Shown here: piece after piece, positions 18,785 to 28,151 of the stretch
How the letters are laid out: each line of letters starts with the position of its first letter
Numbering within the stretch: position 1 is the stretch's first letter
IMG/VR virus record: IMGVR_UViG_2923339551_000001
DNA length: 37,127 bases
Source of the DNA: a virus
Taxonomy: Duplodnaviria; Heunggongvirae; Uroviricota; Caudoviricetes
Reading direction: 5' to 3' (one strand)
Translations under genes and position numbers: made by a program
The notes under the pieces: generated by a model
What the model was told of the DNA's origin: nothing
Database searches by the model: none
What the model saw: the letters and a program-made list of their open reading frames with translations, nothing else

Positions 18785-19022
18785 GTCTGGCCTCTCCGTC
18801 CTGATTTCGCTGTTGATTTTCCACGCGGAGTTGCGCCAGCACCTGCTGCATATCCTGTACCCCGGTGCTGATGATATTCAGGGTGTCGGCGGTACTTTTC
18901 AGGGCGCTGGCCTGCGCTTCGTTTCTGGCGTTCTCCCGGCCCAGCGACCATGACAGACGCATGGATGTTCCCCATGCGGCAATCAGAAGGAAAGCGACGC
19001 CCAGCGTGGGCCAGAGCTTCAT
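18615..19022 (-). CDS. lysB: Inner-membrane spanin (LysB/Rz-like)
   Basis: Track ORF 18615-19166; start placed at the ATG at 19022 (MKLWPTLGVAFLLIAAWG...), giving an N-terminal TM helix plus coiled coil and an ATGA-type overlap with the endolysin stop. Confidence 0.7.
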   Translation of the reverse strand: MKLWPTLGVAFLLIAAWGTSMRLSWSLGRENARNEAQASALKSTADTLNIISTGVQDMQQVLAQLRVENQQRNQDGEARREQLRNDIAKDECAHALPDARFTDRLRRHTERATASAVSPAYTADADHTGDVSPLP

Positions 19023-19411
19023 GCCGGATAGGCTCCGTGTGGTAACTGAAAATGCGGTCCGTCTTTCAGGGTCTTCCAGTCGCCGCCCCATTCCACCGGA
19101 ATATTCAGTTCCCGGCTGGCCTGTCTGAATGCTGTTGCGATTTTTTCGTACAGCGGCCATTCCCATGACACCTGGCTGCCGATATAAGCCACAACATCCA
19201 CGGCATGTCCCGTAAGGTGGCGGCTGTTCATGGTCTGGCTCTTACCCGTGGCCACCAGTTGCTTCTGGCGGTAACGGCTGCGCAACCCTTCGGTGATACC
19301 AAAATCCACTTCCGAGATTTCCAGTGCCCGTCGGGTCACTTTTACCAGATCAGGATTTACGCCCTGCAAATTCTTTTCGCTCCGGCTGCTGAATTTAAAT
19401 GTGTTGCTCAT
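19019..19411 (-). CDS. Endolysin, peptidase M15-type
   Basis: 130 aa; motifs SRHLTGHAVDV and DGPHFQL fit M15 (L-Ala-D-Glu peptidase-like) endolysins; sits between holin and spanins. Confidence 0.7.
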   Translation of the reverse strand: MSNTFKFSSRSEKNLQGVNPDLVKVTRRALEISEVDFGITEGLRSRYRQKQLVATGKSQTMNSRHLTGHAVDVVAYIGSQVSWEWPLYEKIATAFRQASRELNIPVEWGGDWKTLKDGPHFQLPHGAYPA

Positions 19412-19731
19412 TCGTCCTTCTCCTTCACCCTGCGATTAAAGGCCGCAATAACCTTGTCGCGTGCTTTCTCTGCCCCCATAAAACCGATTGATGCGCCGAT
19501 AAACGTCACGGCATCTTCAGGAAACCCGAAGAAGCGCAACGACCCGGCCACGGCCATGGCAAGAACGCCGCACGCCAGCGATCCCGTTACGGTCTGAACC
19601 AGTGTTCGTCCGTCATAAAGACTCATCAGCGCGGAAATGCTGACCGCCGCGCCTACTGCATACACCGTTGGCAGGTGGTCAAAGAGCCACGCAATAACCT
19701 GCTCTGTGATCCCTGTTTGAATGGTGCTCAC
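19408..19731 (-). CDS. Putative holin
   Basis: 107 aa from a GTG at 19731 preceded by a GGGGGAG Shine-Dalgarno; two or three hydrophobic helices, charged C-terminus; between X and the endolysin as holin Y is in P2. Confidence 0.5.
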   Translation of the reverse strand: MSTIQTGITEQVIAWLFDHLPTVYAVGAAVSISALMSLYDGRTLVQTVTGSLACGVLAMAVAGSLRFFGFPEDAVTFIGASIGFMGAEKARDKVIAAFNRRVKEKDE

Positions 19732-19733
19732 TG

Positions 19734-19934
19734 CTACTCCCCCCACAACTGAATCATTTCTCGTTTCTTCTTCTCCGGCTCCGGCATCTCCACTTCCTGC
19801 CCGGCGTCCAGAAATACCTGCTGACAGAGTCCGGGGTTGGCATCCAGCACCTTTTCGGTGACGCCCTGCGTCGTGCCGTAGTACCGGAAACAGAGCGAAT
19901 CCACGGTGTCGCCTTCCAGTGCCTTCACTTTCAT
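19734..19934 (-). CDS. X: Tail protein X
   Basis: 66 aa from the ATG at 19934; similarity to P2 gpX (ALxGDTxDxxCxRYYG...ANPGL). Confidence 0.8.
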   Translation of the reverse strand: MKVKALEGDTVDSLCFRYYGTTQGVTEKVLDANPGLCQQVFLDAGQEVEMPEPEKKKREMIQLWGE

Positions 19935-20437
19935 CAGCACAACTCCGCAAAGATTCGCGGGCGGCACAGAATGTCAGAGATGGCCCAGCTCACATCGCGC
20001 CACAAATCTGATGTCTGTATATCCAGTGCGTCCGCCCGGCGGTCGCCCTTGTCCGTTGTGTCCGCATCGCGGTAACGCTCCAGAATCAGGGCGCGTGTGG
20101 CGGTATAAACAGCATTGCGCCAGTGCCAGAGATTGACGCTTTCTCCGTTAATTACGGGTGCCGGAACATCGGCCAGCGTCTGATGGCCAGCCGCCTGCTG
20201 TTCCTGCTGCCATGCTTCCAGCTCGCGGGTAACGTGAGCCACCGCCCCGGTGGCGGTATGCAGCAGGCGGGAGGTGGTCACACGGCCCGGCAGTCGTATC
20301 GCCAGACGCAGCTCACGCAGCACAATATCCGGCCAGAATGCGCCCGCTGAAATACGGGTCTCACCATCATCGGTATCGGTGATGTCGTCCTCTGCGGGGC
20401 CGGGGTTGGTTCTGGCAACCATACTCATGGGGTTCAC
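19934..20437 (-). CDS. L: Head completion/stabilisation protein L
   Basis: 167 aa (P2 gpL about 169) between M and X. Confidence 0.8.
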   Translation of the reverse strand: MNPMSMVARTNPGPAEDDITDTDDGETRISAGAFWPDIVLRELRLAIRLPGRVTTSRLLHTATGAVAHVTRELEAWQQEQQAAGHQTLADVPAPVINGESVNLWHWRNAVYTATRALILERYRDADTTDKGDRRADALDIQTSDLWRDVSWAISDILCRPRIFAELC

Positions 20438-20530
20438 TCCTGAAAAAAATCGGGCGGTGGGTGCGCGGTGTAAACGGTCACGGAGTCAAACCGGAACACC
20501 GCGTACGCCGCCCGCTGACGGGGTCAGTCG

Positions 20531-21331
20531 TTAACCGCGCTTCGCCTTCTGCGTCGCGGTGGTTTTTCGTGTTGCAGGCTTCCGCGTTGTCTTTTTACTT
20601 TTGCTGCTTTCGTCCTGCGCCTGCTGTGCGCTGGCGTCTTCTGGTGCTGCTGCGGAATCGGCTTTTTTCAGGGCGCGGGAAAGGGTTGCAATCTCGCGTT
20701 TCACACCTGCGTTCGGGTTCAGGTGCATTGCTTCGCGCAGCAGCTTCAGTGACAGGGCCATGCTGTCCGCATCGCTCAGGCCACGGCGGGCAAAGGCGCA
20801 CGCCTTGCATAATTTGGCGCGCACTTCGTCCGGCATGTCCTGGTCGGTGACAATCTCCCGGAGGGTATCCAGTGGTTCGATAAAGGCGGACAAATCCGCG
20901 TCGGCATCCGTCCCGGTCTGCGTCAGTACCGGGTTGCAGATTTCTTCGGTCAGCACTGTGGCAGCAGTACGGCCAAAGTTATCCGGCATAATGAGGTTAT
21001 GACGGACCACATACGCACCAATACGCAACGCCAGCGGAAGATCGCCGCAGTCAATCGCCCACACCATCAGCGTGGCAATCACTTCATCCTGCTGCCCGCC
21101 GTCAGCCTCCAGCGTTCCCTCAATCCAGCCGGAAAAATCCGGTAACAACTCTTTTTTGATGGCGGCTTTCGCGCTTCTGGCCTGTACGCCCTTAAGCCGG
21201 GCCTGTGCCAGACGCAGACGATACAGCACCTCTTCATGCGCGGTACGCGCGGCGTGGTCCACGCCTTCATTCGCCCGGCCTGCGCGCTGTGCCATCACGT
21301 TCTGCCAGTGTTGTTGTGCAGGAGTAATCAT
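20531..21331 (-). CDS. M: Terminase endonuclease (small) subunit M
   Basis: 266 aa; gpM-like; basic K/T-rich C-terminal tail. Confidence 0.8.
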   Translation of the reverse strand: MITPAQQHWQNVMAQRAGRANEGVDHAARTAHEEVLYRLRLAQARLKGVQARSAKAAIKKELLPDFSGWIEGTLEADGGQQDEVIATLMVWAIDCGDLPLALRIGAYVVRHNLIMPDNFGRTAATVLTEEICNPVLTQTGTDADADLSAFIEPLDTLREIVTDQDMPDEVRAKLCKACAFARRGLSDADSMALSLKLLREAMHLNPNAGVKREIATLSRALKKADSAAAPEDASAQQAQDESSKSKKTTRKPATRKTTATQKAKRG

Positions 21332-21348
21332 TTTTTCTCTCCGTTACA

Positions 21349-21367
21349 GGCGGGCATGATGCCCGCC
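21349..21367. other. Perfect palindrome/stem-loop between capsid gene N and terminase gene M
   Basis: ggcgggcat-g-atgcccgcc read directly; possible attenuator or processing site. Confidence 0.3.
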
Positions 21368-21376
21368 GTGAGTTGA

Positions 21377-22429
21377 TTAGCTGTCGGCGAACTTCAGGCC
21401 AGTGACCATCGCGCACTTGCCATAGTCTTCAACGACATAAGCGTCATTGATGGACTGGTAGGTGGCGATGCGGTTGTATTCCGGCTCGTCTTTCATCAGG
21501 CGACGCATTGAACCTTTCTGCCAGTAAATCGACAGGTTGTTGAACGAGGTGATCAGCATCGTTGCATCCGGGAAGAACGGCGCAAGGAACACGCCCAGCC
21601 CGCCAATGGTGCGCGATGACAGGATGAGCTGCCCGGCGAGTAATTCCGCATTGGGATTCTGGCCGCTGATGCTGTTCAGCACGGGCAGACGCAGCGAGTT
21701 AAACAGGTTGCGCCCCATAATCACCACGAGGTCGTCAGCTTCCTTGTGCCATTCATCCAGCAGGGATGAACGCGCGTCCTGTACCAGTGCATCAGCGTTC
21801 GCATACTTACCCGCGTGCGCCACGGTGTTGTCCATGTTGCGGGAGGTCAGCGTCACGTCATTCATAACGCGTTCGCTGGCGTCGGTTCTGATGTGCTCCA
21901 GCCATCCCACGTTAACGTCCTGAAGCAGTTTGTTAGTGCTGAAGTTGGACTCATCTGCGTGAGACGTGCCGTTGAAACCGATCATGATGCGGTCAAGCGC
22001 CACCTGTCGGGCAATCTGTGCGCTGATGCGGGACTGAAAATCGCTGTGTGCCGACCAGGCATCAAGCTGCGGATACGAAATAAAGGTGTCGTAGTTCACC
22101 TGTTCGCACTGGTATTTGCGGTTTTTCAGATCAACCACGTTATTCGGGTTACGGCGTTTTGTGCCGTCATAACTGGTATTCGTGCGCGCAATTGGCCCGG
22201 TGGTGTTCAGGAGGATTTTTTCGCCTTTCTGGTCGGTCACGCCGATCACGTTAATTCTTTTTGTAAATTCGGTGCTTTCCTTTGAGGCGTTTTCAAAACG
22301 CTGCTGTACCGAGGGTTCCACGGTAAATCGCGATACCAGTGCGGAAACCGGGATATTGTTAAGCGACGCCTGCTGCGCCATATAGCAACCCAGCTTGTTG
22401 CGGGTAATATCTGACATCACCAGATTCAT
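21377..22429 (-). CDS. N: Major capsid protein N
   Basis: 350 aa; strong similarity to P2 gpN (FTVEPSV..., LQDV.VGWL, DYVVEDY). Confidence 0.9.
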   Translation of the reverse strand: MNLVMSDITRNKLGCYMAQQASLNNIPVSALVSRFTVEPSVQQRFENASKESTEFTKRINVIGVTDQKGEKILLNTTGPIARTNTSYDGTKRRNPNNVVDLKNRKYQCEQVNYDTFISYPQLDAWSAHSDFQSRISAQIARQVALDRIMIGFNGTSHADESNFSTNKLLQDVNVGWLEHIRTDASERVMNDVTLTSRNMDNTVAHAGKYANADALVQDARSSLLDEWHKEADDLVVIMGRNLFNSLRLPVLNSISGQNPNAELLAGQLILSSRTIGGLGVFLAPFFPDATMLITSFNNLSIYWQKGSMRRLMKDEPEYNRIATYQSINDAYVVEDYGKCAMVTGLKFADS

Positions 22430-22452
22430 AAAAAATTTGCTCCTTTGTCTTA

Positions 22453-23289
22453 TCAGAAGTCAGCCAGCTGGTCGGAGGCTGCACCTGTTGCGGTGAACCG
22501 GTTCTGCGGATCGCCGTCCTGCGTGCGCAGTTTTTCCTTCAGTGCTGCCAGCTCTGTGGTCAGTGACGTAATTTTCTGGCTGTCCTGCTGATGGCGGGTT
22601 TCCAGCACATTAAAACGGTCGATAATGTCGGCCTGTGACGTTGCGACGCCTTCCACCGCTTCCTGAATACGGGAAAAACTGGCGTCATCCGCTTTGCGGC
22701 CACGGCCAATAATCCCCATTACGCGGTTAAACCACTGGGTGCCTTCTTCCTGGCGTTGTTCTGCCATTTCGATGATTTCAGACTCGATGGCTTCGGAGAT
22801 AAGCGGCGCTTCACCCTGGATACTGTTGAACGTCATCACCGCCTGACGTTGCTGTGCCGTGAATTTCAGGCGCTCAGTGCCCAGGCTTGCCGGGGTGTCG
22901 GTCATCGCCAGCCCGACCAGATAGGCGCGCCCGTTAACGGAGAACTGCGGGTGCAGTTCGATACTGGAATAGATTTTCTTGCCGTCCGCGACAAGCTGCT
23001 TCATGCGCTCGGTCGGTTCGATTTCTGCATACAGCGCAGTACGTCCGGCCAGCGGACCTTCCGTAATGTCTTCCGTACTCAGTGCGGTGACATCGCCCAT
23101 TGCGGAAAATTCGCTTGACGGGCATGGCGAGAGATAGTGCTCAACGTTCACGCGGGCAGCGTAAACATCCGGGTTGAAGTTCTCGGCGGCTTCACGCAGA
23201 TGCACCGGACTGATTTCACGGCCATCAACAGTTGATCCGGAGACAGCCACGCGAAACTTTTTGCGGGATGTCTTTTTTTCATTAGCCAT
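22453..23289 (-). CDS. O: Capsid scaffolding protein O
   Basis: Track ORF 22453-23322; start placed at the ATG at 23289 (MANEKKTSRKK...) with a GAGGGG Shine-Dalgarno; gpO-like. Confidence 0.85.
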   Translation of the reverse strand: MANEKKTSRKKFRVAVSGSTVDGREISPVHLREAAENFNPDVYAARVNVEHYLSPCPSSEFSAMGDVTALSTEDITEGPLAGRTALYAEIEPTERMKQLVADGKKIYSSIELHPQFSVNGRAYLVGLAMTDTPASLGTERLKFTAQQRQAVMTFNSIQGEAPLISEAIESEIIEMAEQRQEEGTQWFNRVMGIIGRGRKADDASFSRIQEAVEGVATSQADIIDRFNVLETRHQQDSQKITSLTTELAALKEKLRTQDGDPQNRFTATGAASDQLADF

Positions 23290-23443
23290 AGTTTTTGCCC
23301 CTCTGACTGGTTCTTCAGTCATGATGGCAAAGCGTAACAGGCTGATACAAAGGGCTTTTGTTGTAAGAAAACGGCCAGAACAGGGGGTTAAGGAGAACAG
23401 TTTCGCGCGCGGGTAATCTTCCTGTAATTACTCAGGGGGAGCA
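23290..23443. promoter_or_regulatory. Divergent late promoter region between O and P
   Basis: Inferred from P2 organisation; no canonical TGT-N12-ACA element confirmed by eye. Confidence 0.35.
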
Positions 23444-25195
23444 ATGATTCAGGACGCTTTTGTGCGCCAGCGTGCGCGGCAACTTTACTGGCAGGGTTAT
23501 CCGCCCGCAGAAATATCACGTCTGATGGGAATAAACCCGAACACGATTTATGCGTGGAAAAAACGTGACCAGTGGGATGAAACGCCACCCGTGCAGCGTG
23601 TCACGCAGTCCATCGATGCGCGCCTCATCCAGCTTACTGAAAAACAGAATAAAACAGGCGGTGACTTTAAGGAAATAGACCTGCTGACCCGGCAGCTTAA
23701 AAAGCTGCATGATGGCCAGCCGGATGTGATGGCCGCAGGAAAGAAAGGCCGGGCGAAAAAACTCAAAAATCATTTCACGCCGGAACAGATTGCCGCACTG
23801 CGGGAAAAAATCATCAGCAGGCTGGAGTGGCATCAGCGGGGCTGGTTTGACTCCCTGACCCTTTGCAGGGAAGCCGGGATACGTAACAGGATGATCCTGA
23901 AATCCCGACAGATTGGGGCGACCTGGTATTTTGCACAGGAAGCGCTGCTGATGGCGCTGCGTGACGATGTGGCGCAACCTTACCAGCGTAACCAGATTTT
24001 TTTGTCTGCGTCGCGTCGTCAGGCGTTCCAGTTTAAAAGCATTATTCAGAAGGCCGCGGCTGAAGTTGATGTGGAGCTGAAAGGGGGCGATAAAATCATC
24101 CTCTCCAACGGCGCAGAGCTGCATTTTCTCGGCACTTCTGCTGCGTCGGCACAGTCCTATACGGGCAATTTTTATTTTGATGAATTTTTCTGGGTCAGTC
24201 GCTTTGCTGAACTGCGCAAGGTGGCTGGCGCTATGGCAACCCTCAGCGGACTGCGGCGCACCTACTTCTCCACGCCATCCACCGAAACGCACGAGGCATA
24301 CGCCTACTGGAACGGCGACCGCTGGAACGAGAAAAAGGCCTCGCATAAACGCCAGCGTTTTTCTGTGGACTGGAAAACGCTGCATAACGGGCTTATCTGC
24401 CCTGACCGGACGTGGCGGCAAATTGTCACGCTGGAAGATGTGGTTAATCACGGCTGGAAACACACCGATATCGACGAAATTCGTGATGAAAACACCGAAG
24501 ACGAGTTCCTCAATCTCTATATGTGTGAGTTTGTCCGCGAAGGGGAATCGGCATTTAACCTGAATATCCTGATTGGCTGCGGTGTTGACGGATACGACGA
24601 CTGGAAAGACTGGAAACCTTTTGCTCCCCGCCCGATGGGGAATCGTCTGGTATGGATTGGGTATGACGCAAACGGCAGTAGTGGCAACGGCGACAGCGGC
24701 GCTGTGTCCGTGGTGGTTCCTCCGGCTGTTCCTGGTGGCCGTTTTCGAACGGTGGAGACGCGACGCGTTCAGGGGCTGGAGTTTGAAGAACAGGCCAGAG
24801 TCATTGAAGAGTTCACGTATCGCTACAACGTGGAACACATCGGCATTGATGTGACGGGCGGGAACGGGGAGGCTGTTTATCAGATAGTGAAACGGTTTTT
24901 CCCTGCTGCTATTCCGTACACCTTCACGCTGTCATCAAAACGGTCGCTGGTACTGAAAATGCTGCAAATAATGCGTGCCGGGCGGTGGGAATACGATCGC
25001 GCCGAACGCGAGCTGGTCGCGGCCTTTAACGCCGTGCGTAAGGTGAAAACACCGGGCGGCTTTATCACTTACGAAACGGACCGCGCGAGGGGGATCAGCC
25101 ACGGCGACCTTGCGTGGGCAACCATGCTTGCTGTCATTAACGAACCGATTGGCGGCGAAGGAGAAAACGAGCGTTTCACGGTTATGGAGTTCTGA
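23444..25195 (+). CDS. P: Terminase ATPase (large) subunit P
   Basis: 583 aa (P2 gpP about 590); gpP-like sequence. Confidence 0.9.
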   Translation: MIQDAFVRQRARQLYWQGYPPAEISRLMGINPNTIYAWKKRDQWDETPPVQRVTQSIDARLIQLTEKQNKTGGDFKEIDLLTRQLKKLHDGQPDVMAAGKKGRAKKLKNHFTPEQIAALREKIISRLEWHQRGWFDSLTLCREAGIRNRMILKSRQIGATWYFAQEALLMALRDDVAQPYQRNQIFLSASRRQAFQFKSIIQKAAAEVDVELKGGDKIILSNGAELHFLGTSAASAQSYTGNFYFDEFFWVSRFAELRKVAGAMATLSGLRRTYFSTPSTETHEAYAYWNGDRWNEKKASHKRQRFSVDWKTLHNGLICPDRTWRQIVTLEDVVNHGWKHTDIDEIRDENTEDEFLNLYMCEFVREGESAFNLNILIGCGVDGYDDWKDWKPFAPRPMGNRLVWIGYDANGSSGNGDSGAVSVVVPPAVPGGRFRTVETRRVQGLEFEEQARVIEEFTYRYNVEHIGIDVTGGNGEAVYQIVKRFFPAAIPYTFTLSSKRSLVLKMLQIMRAGRWEYDRAERELVAAFNAVRKVKTPGGFITYETDRARGISHGDLAWATMLAVINEPIGGEGENERFTVMEF

Positions 25196-26241
25196 TGAGC
25201 AGAAAAAATAAAAAAGTGCGCATGAGTTCACGCATTGATCTCGCTGATGCGCTCAGGAAAGAATCATCGCTCAGTGCATTCACATTTGATGGTCCTTATC
25301 GCCTGACCGGGCATGACCTGCTGGACAATATGTACTGTGCTGATAACGGGCGGTGGTATGAAACCCCGGTGGACTGGTACGGTCTGGCAAGAGCTGCCCG
25401 GCAAACGTCCTGGCATCAGTCTGCGCTTTACTTTAAGCGCAATGTATTACTCGGTTGCTACATCCCGCACCCGCTGCTTTCCCGGCAGGATTTCTCGGCG
25501 CTGGCGCTGGACTGGTTTGTGTTCGGTAACGCATTCCTTGAGCTTCGAAGCAATATGCTCGGCGAACCGCTTAAATTACGGCACGCACTGGCGAAATACA
25601 TGCGACGCGGAAGCGATCTTGAATCATGGTGGTATGTGCAGGATGGCAAGGACGCGTTTCAGTTTCGCCCTGGCAAAGTGTGCCACCTGATGAATCCGGA
25701 CATTAACCAGGAAATTTACGGCATGCCGGAATATCTTGGCGCATTACTCTCGGCCAGCCTGTCTCATTCGGCGGACATGTTCAGAAAACTGTATTACGAC
25801 AATGGATCCCACGCCGGGTGCATCATCTACATCGGTGCAGCGCAGGTAAACCGCGAAAGCATGGACTCCCTGAAAGAAACGTTACAGGGTGCGCGTGGTG
25901 GTGGTGCGTTTAAAAACGTGCTCATCCATGCGCCCAACGGGGGCAAAGAGGGGGTGCAAATTTTGCCGTTCCAGCAGATCACCGCAAAGGATGAGTTCAT
26001 GAATGTTAAGGCGGCATCCCGTGATGATGTGCTGGCTGCGCACCGCGTTCCGCCGCAACTGATGGGGGCGATGCCGGGCGAAAAAAGTGCGTTTGGTGAT
26101 GTGGAGAAGGCCGCGCGGGTTTACGCAATTAACGAGCTGATGCCCGTCATGGAGGCTATGAAGCACATCAATGACTGGCTTGGCGAAGAGGTGATCCGCT
26201 TTAACCCTTACGCACTGCTGGACACCCAGCCCACATCCTGA
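25195..26241 (+). CDS. Q: Portal vertex protein Q
   Basis: 348 aa (P2 gpQ about 344); overlaps the P stop. Confidence 0.9.
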   Translation: MSRKNKKVRMSSRIDLADALRKESSLSAFTFDGPYRLTGHDLLDNMYCADNGRWYETPVDWYGLARAARQTSWHQSALYFKRNVLLGCYIPHPLLSRQDFSALALDWFVFGNAFLELRSNMLGEPLKLRHALAKYMRRGSDLESWWYVQDGKDAFQFRPGKVCHLMNPDINQEIYGMPEYLGALLSASLSHSADMFRKLYYDNGSHAGCIIYIGAAQVNRESMDSLKETLQGARGGGAFKNVLIHAPNGGKEGVQILPFQQITAKDEFMNVKAASRDDVLAAHRVPPQLMGAMPGEKSAFGDVEKAARVYAINELMPVMEAMKHINDWLGEEVIRFNPYALLDTQPTS

Positions 26242-26767
26242 CGCGCTTCGCTTGTCTGCTGCTTCGCCGGGGCATAAAAAATTTATGCCCCGACTCTCCA
26301 GCTCCTGTATCAATCAGATAATTTCACGACGCTTTCCTGCTTATTGCCATCATCGACAGTTAGACTCTTACGCAATCCCACCGCGTTGACTGCATGTTCT
26401 CGCCGTCTCAGTGCGATTTTGACGGCCTTTTCACCCCATCAAATCAAAAGCCCTCACGTCTTTTTCACGCTCAGCGTGAGAAATACAGCCATTCTGTTGT
26501 GTCGCTGCGACATCGTTCAGGGGATGCTATTTACCCCCTGAAACGCGGGCTGTTCCCCCGTCACCTGCGCGCAGAAAAAACGCGTTTTTTTGTGCATGCA
26601 CGGATCCTTGACGGATCCAGCCGCCATGCGGGCCGGAAGGGTAAAAAGTCGTTCAAAAAAATTGTGCAAATTTGTGCACTGTCGTGCAGTGTGCATCGTG
26701 CTGTTTTCTGCGCAAAAAACGGATGGTAAATTTGTTCGTAGCAGGGAAATTTTAATGAGCGCAAGAC
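26242..26767. other. cos/packaging region (expected by synteny), palindrome-rich
   Basis: Noncoding stretch between the Q 3' end and the tin/old-position cargo; contains GGATCC-TTGAC-GGATCC and a GTGCA repeat array; the exact cohesive end was not identified. Confidence 0.35.
26263..26290 (+). terminator. Stem-loop downstream of Q
   Basis: ccggggcat-aaaaaattt-atgccccg hairpin read directly. Confidence 0.45.
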
Positions 26768-27298
26768 ATGAAGAAAGATTCATATCCTTATTTGATTTGC
26801 ATGACTGTTTCAGTGCTAGGGATTATTTTCCTCTTTTACTGGTGGAGGGCAGATATCTACAGGATTACATATCTTAATTCGCGTATATCCAATTATTACA
26901 TCTTGTGTAGTATGGGTATGTCCTTTTTCTTCTCCTTGTTTCTGGTGAAGAGGGGGGTAGTGAAGCAAAGTGGCTGGAAAGGACTGTCGGAATACCTGAA
27001 GGTTTATGCTGGCTCTTGCATTCTTACAGGGATATTCCTGATTATCCCTCTTATGATGGTGACTTATTTTTTACCAGGAGTAACATCATCATATGTTGCA
27101 CCGTATGAGTATACATCCGGTAGTTCAAGAAGCTGTTCCGGAGCGTTTGTTGATGATCCCGATCTGCATAAAAATATTCTTATTTGCTATCCGTATGGTA
27201 ACTATGAATATGACAATATTATCTATGTTGAAAAGAAAACTAATGCATTGGGCGTTGTTGTGACGTATGCACAGACTGCACGAGACGATGCTGAATAA
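26768..27298 (+). CDS. Hypothetical 3-TM membrane protein with Cys/Tyr-rich C-terminal domain; cargo at the P2 tin/old hotspot
   Basis: 176 aa, strongly AT-rich versus the phage backbone; three hydrophobic helices then a soluble tail; occupies the position and orientation of tin/old in P2. Confidence 0.65.
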   Translation: MKKDSYPYLICMTVSVLGIIFLFYWWRADIYRITYLNSRISNYYILCSMGMSFFFSLFLVKRGVVKQSGWKGLSEYLKVYAGSCILTGIFLIIPLMMVTYFLPGVTSSYVAPYEYTSGSSRSCSGAFVDDPDLHKNILICYPYGNYEYDNIIYVEKKTNALGVVVTYAQTARDDAE

Positions 27299-27388
27299 GA
27301 TACTACAGAGATAGTCCACTTTTTTGTTTATTTGTCGGGATAAAAACAAATTACCCCGACTCACCATGTATTAATCTTCCGCTTTAAG

Positions 27389-27772
27389 TTAGTCTTGTAG
27401 CTGCGCTGTCCTGCTATGCAGCAAAGCGGCGTACTTTAATGCGTCCTGTGCTTTCTGGAATTTAAGTGCATAGTCAGTGGCGATTTTTTCCAGTTCAGCG
27501 ATTCGGTTGTCTTTGGTTTCCAGCCAATCAAGTAGCGCCAATACTTCAGGATCCCCGACATCCAACACTGTTACGCGTGATTTTTCATAATGTTCGTCGG
27601 CAAGAGTTCGACCAATTTTGAAATCTCCATCATCACCATAACCGGAGCAGCCATAAACAACCTGTGCTCCAGATATTCGCTGAATTGACATTTCTTCGCC
27701 GCAAATAGGGCATTTTGGTACTGGTGCAGGTGAATAACGTTCACGTAATGCCTGATAGTTGATTTTGCTCAT
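27389..27772 (-). CDS. Zinc-ribbon protein (topoisomerase-type C4 zinc finger) with coiled-coil tail
   Basis: 127 aa; CPICG-x14-GCSGYG motif resembling the zf-C4_Topoisom ribbon; last gene of the A-parM-parR transcription direction. Confidence 0.6.
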   Translation of the reverse strand: MSKINYQALRERYSPAPVPKCPICGEEMSIQRISGAQVVYGCSGYGDDGDFKIGRTLADEHYEKSRVTVLDVGDPEVLALLDWLETKDNRIAELEKIATDYALKFQKAQDALKYAALLHSRTAQLQD

Positions 27773-27835
27773 TAAGTCGCTCTTCTTGTTTATGTTCTGA
27801 GATGGAGATCAGGGCGAACTCGCCCTGACGTTGTG

Positions 27836-28147
27836 TTATTCAGGAAATAACGCCCTGATATTTCCGGCCATCTGACTGGTTATCTGTGCGGTTGGTACTG
27901 GCTGTGACAGGGGGCGTTCTGTCCTGGTTTGTGTCACTGATAACGCCTCATCGTCAGCCCATGCTGCCAGTCGGTAAGCCTCTGCCGGATTCATTTTCAG
28001 AAGCGCCAGCCCAGCCAGAAAAGCCACGCGTTGGCCGTTTTTACGGGCTTCTGGTGTAAGGCTGTCCAGCCAGGCGCATGCTTCGCCTTCGTTCTTGACG
28101 GCGGCGGGCTTCAGATAGAAACTTATTCGTCTGGTTGGTGTCGTCAT
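27836..28147 (-). CDS. parR: ParR/StbB-like partition adaptor
   Basis: Track ORF 27836-28282 overlaps parM; start placed at the internal Met (MTTPTRRISFYLKP..., about 103 aa); resembles plasmid R1 ParR (ISFYLKP / LDSLTPEAR / AFLAGLAL); immediately downstream of parM. Confidence 0.6.
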   Translation of the reverse strand: MTTPTRRISFYLKPAAVKNEGEACAWLDSLTPEARKNGQRVAFLAGLALLKMNPAEAYRLAAWADDEALSVTQTRTERPLSQPVPTAQITSQMAGNIRALFPE

Positions 28148-28151
28148 TGGT

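Noticed and set aside
23516-24838. 440-aa minus-strand ORF antisense to terminase gene P
   Set aside because: Entirely inside gpP on the opposite strand; composition not protein-like; gpP homology is clear on the plus strand.
26517-26783. Short minus-strand ORFs (88 and 67 aa) in the cos/promoter region
   Set aside because: They lie across palindromic regulatory sequence and overlap the start of the cargo gene; no support.
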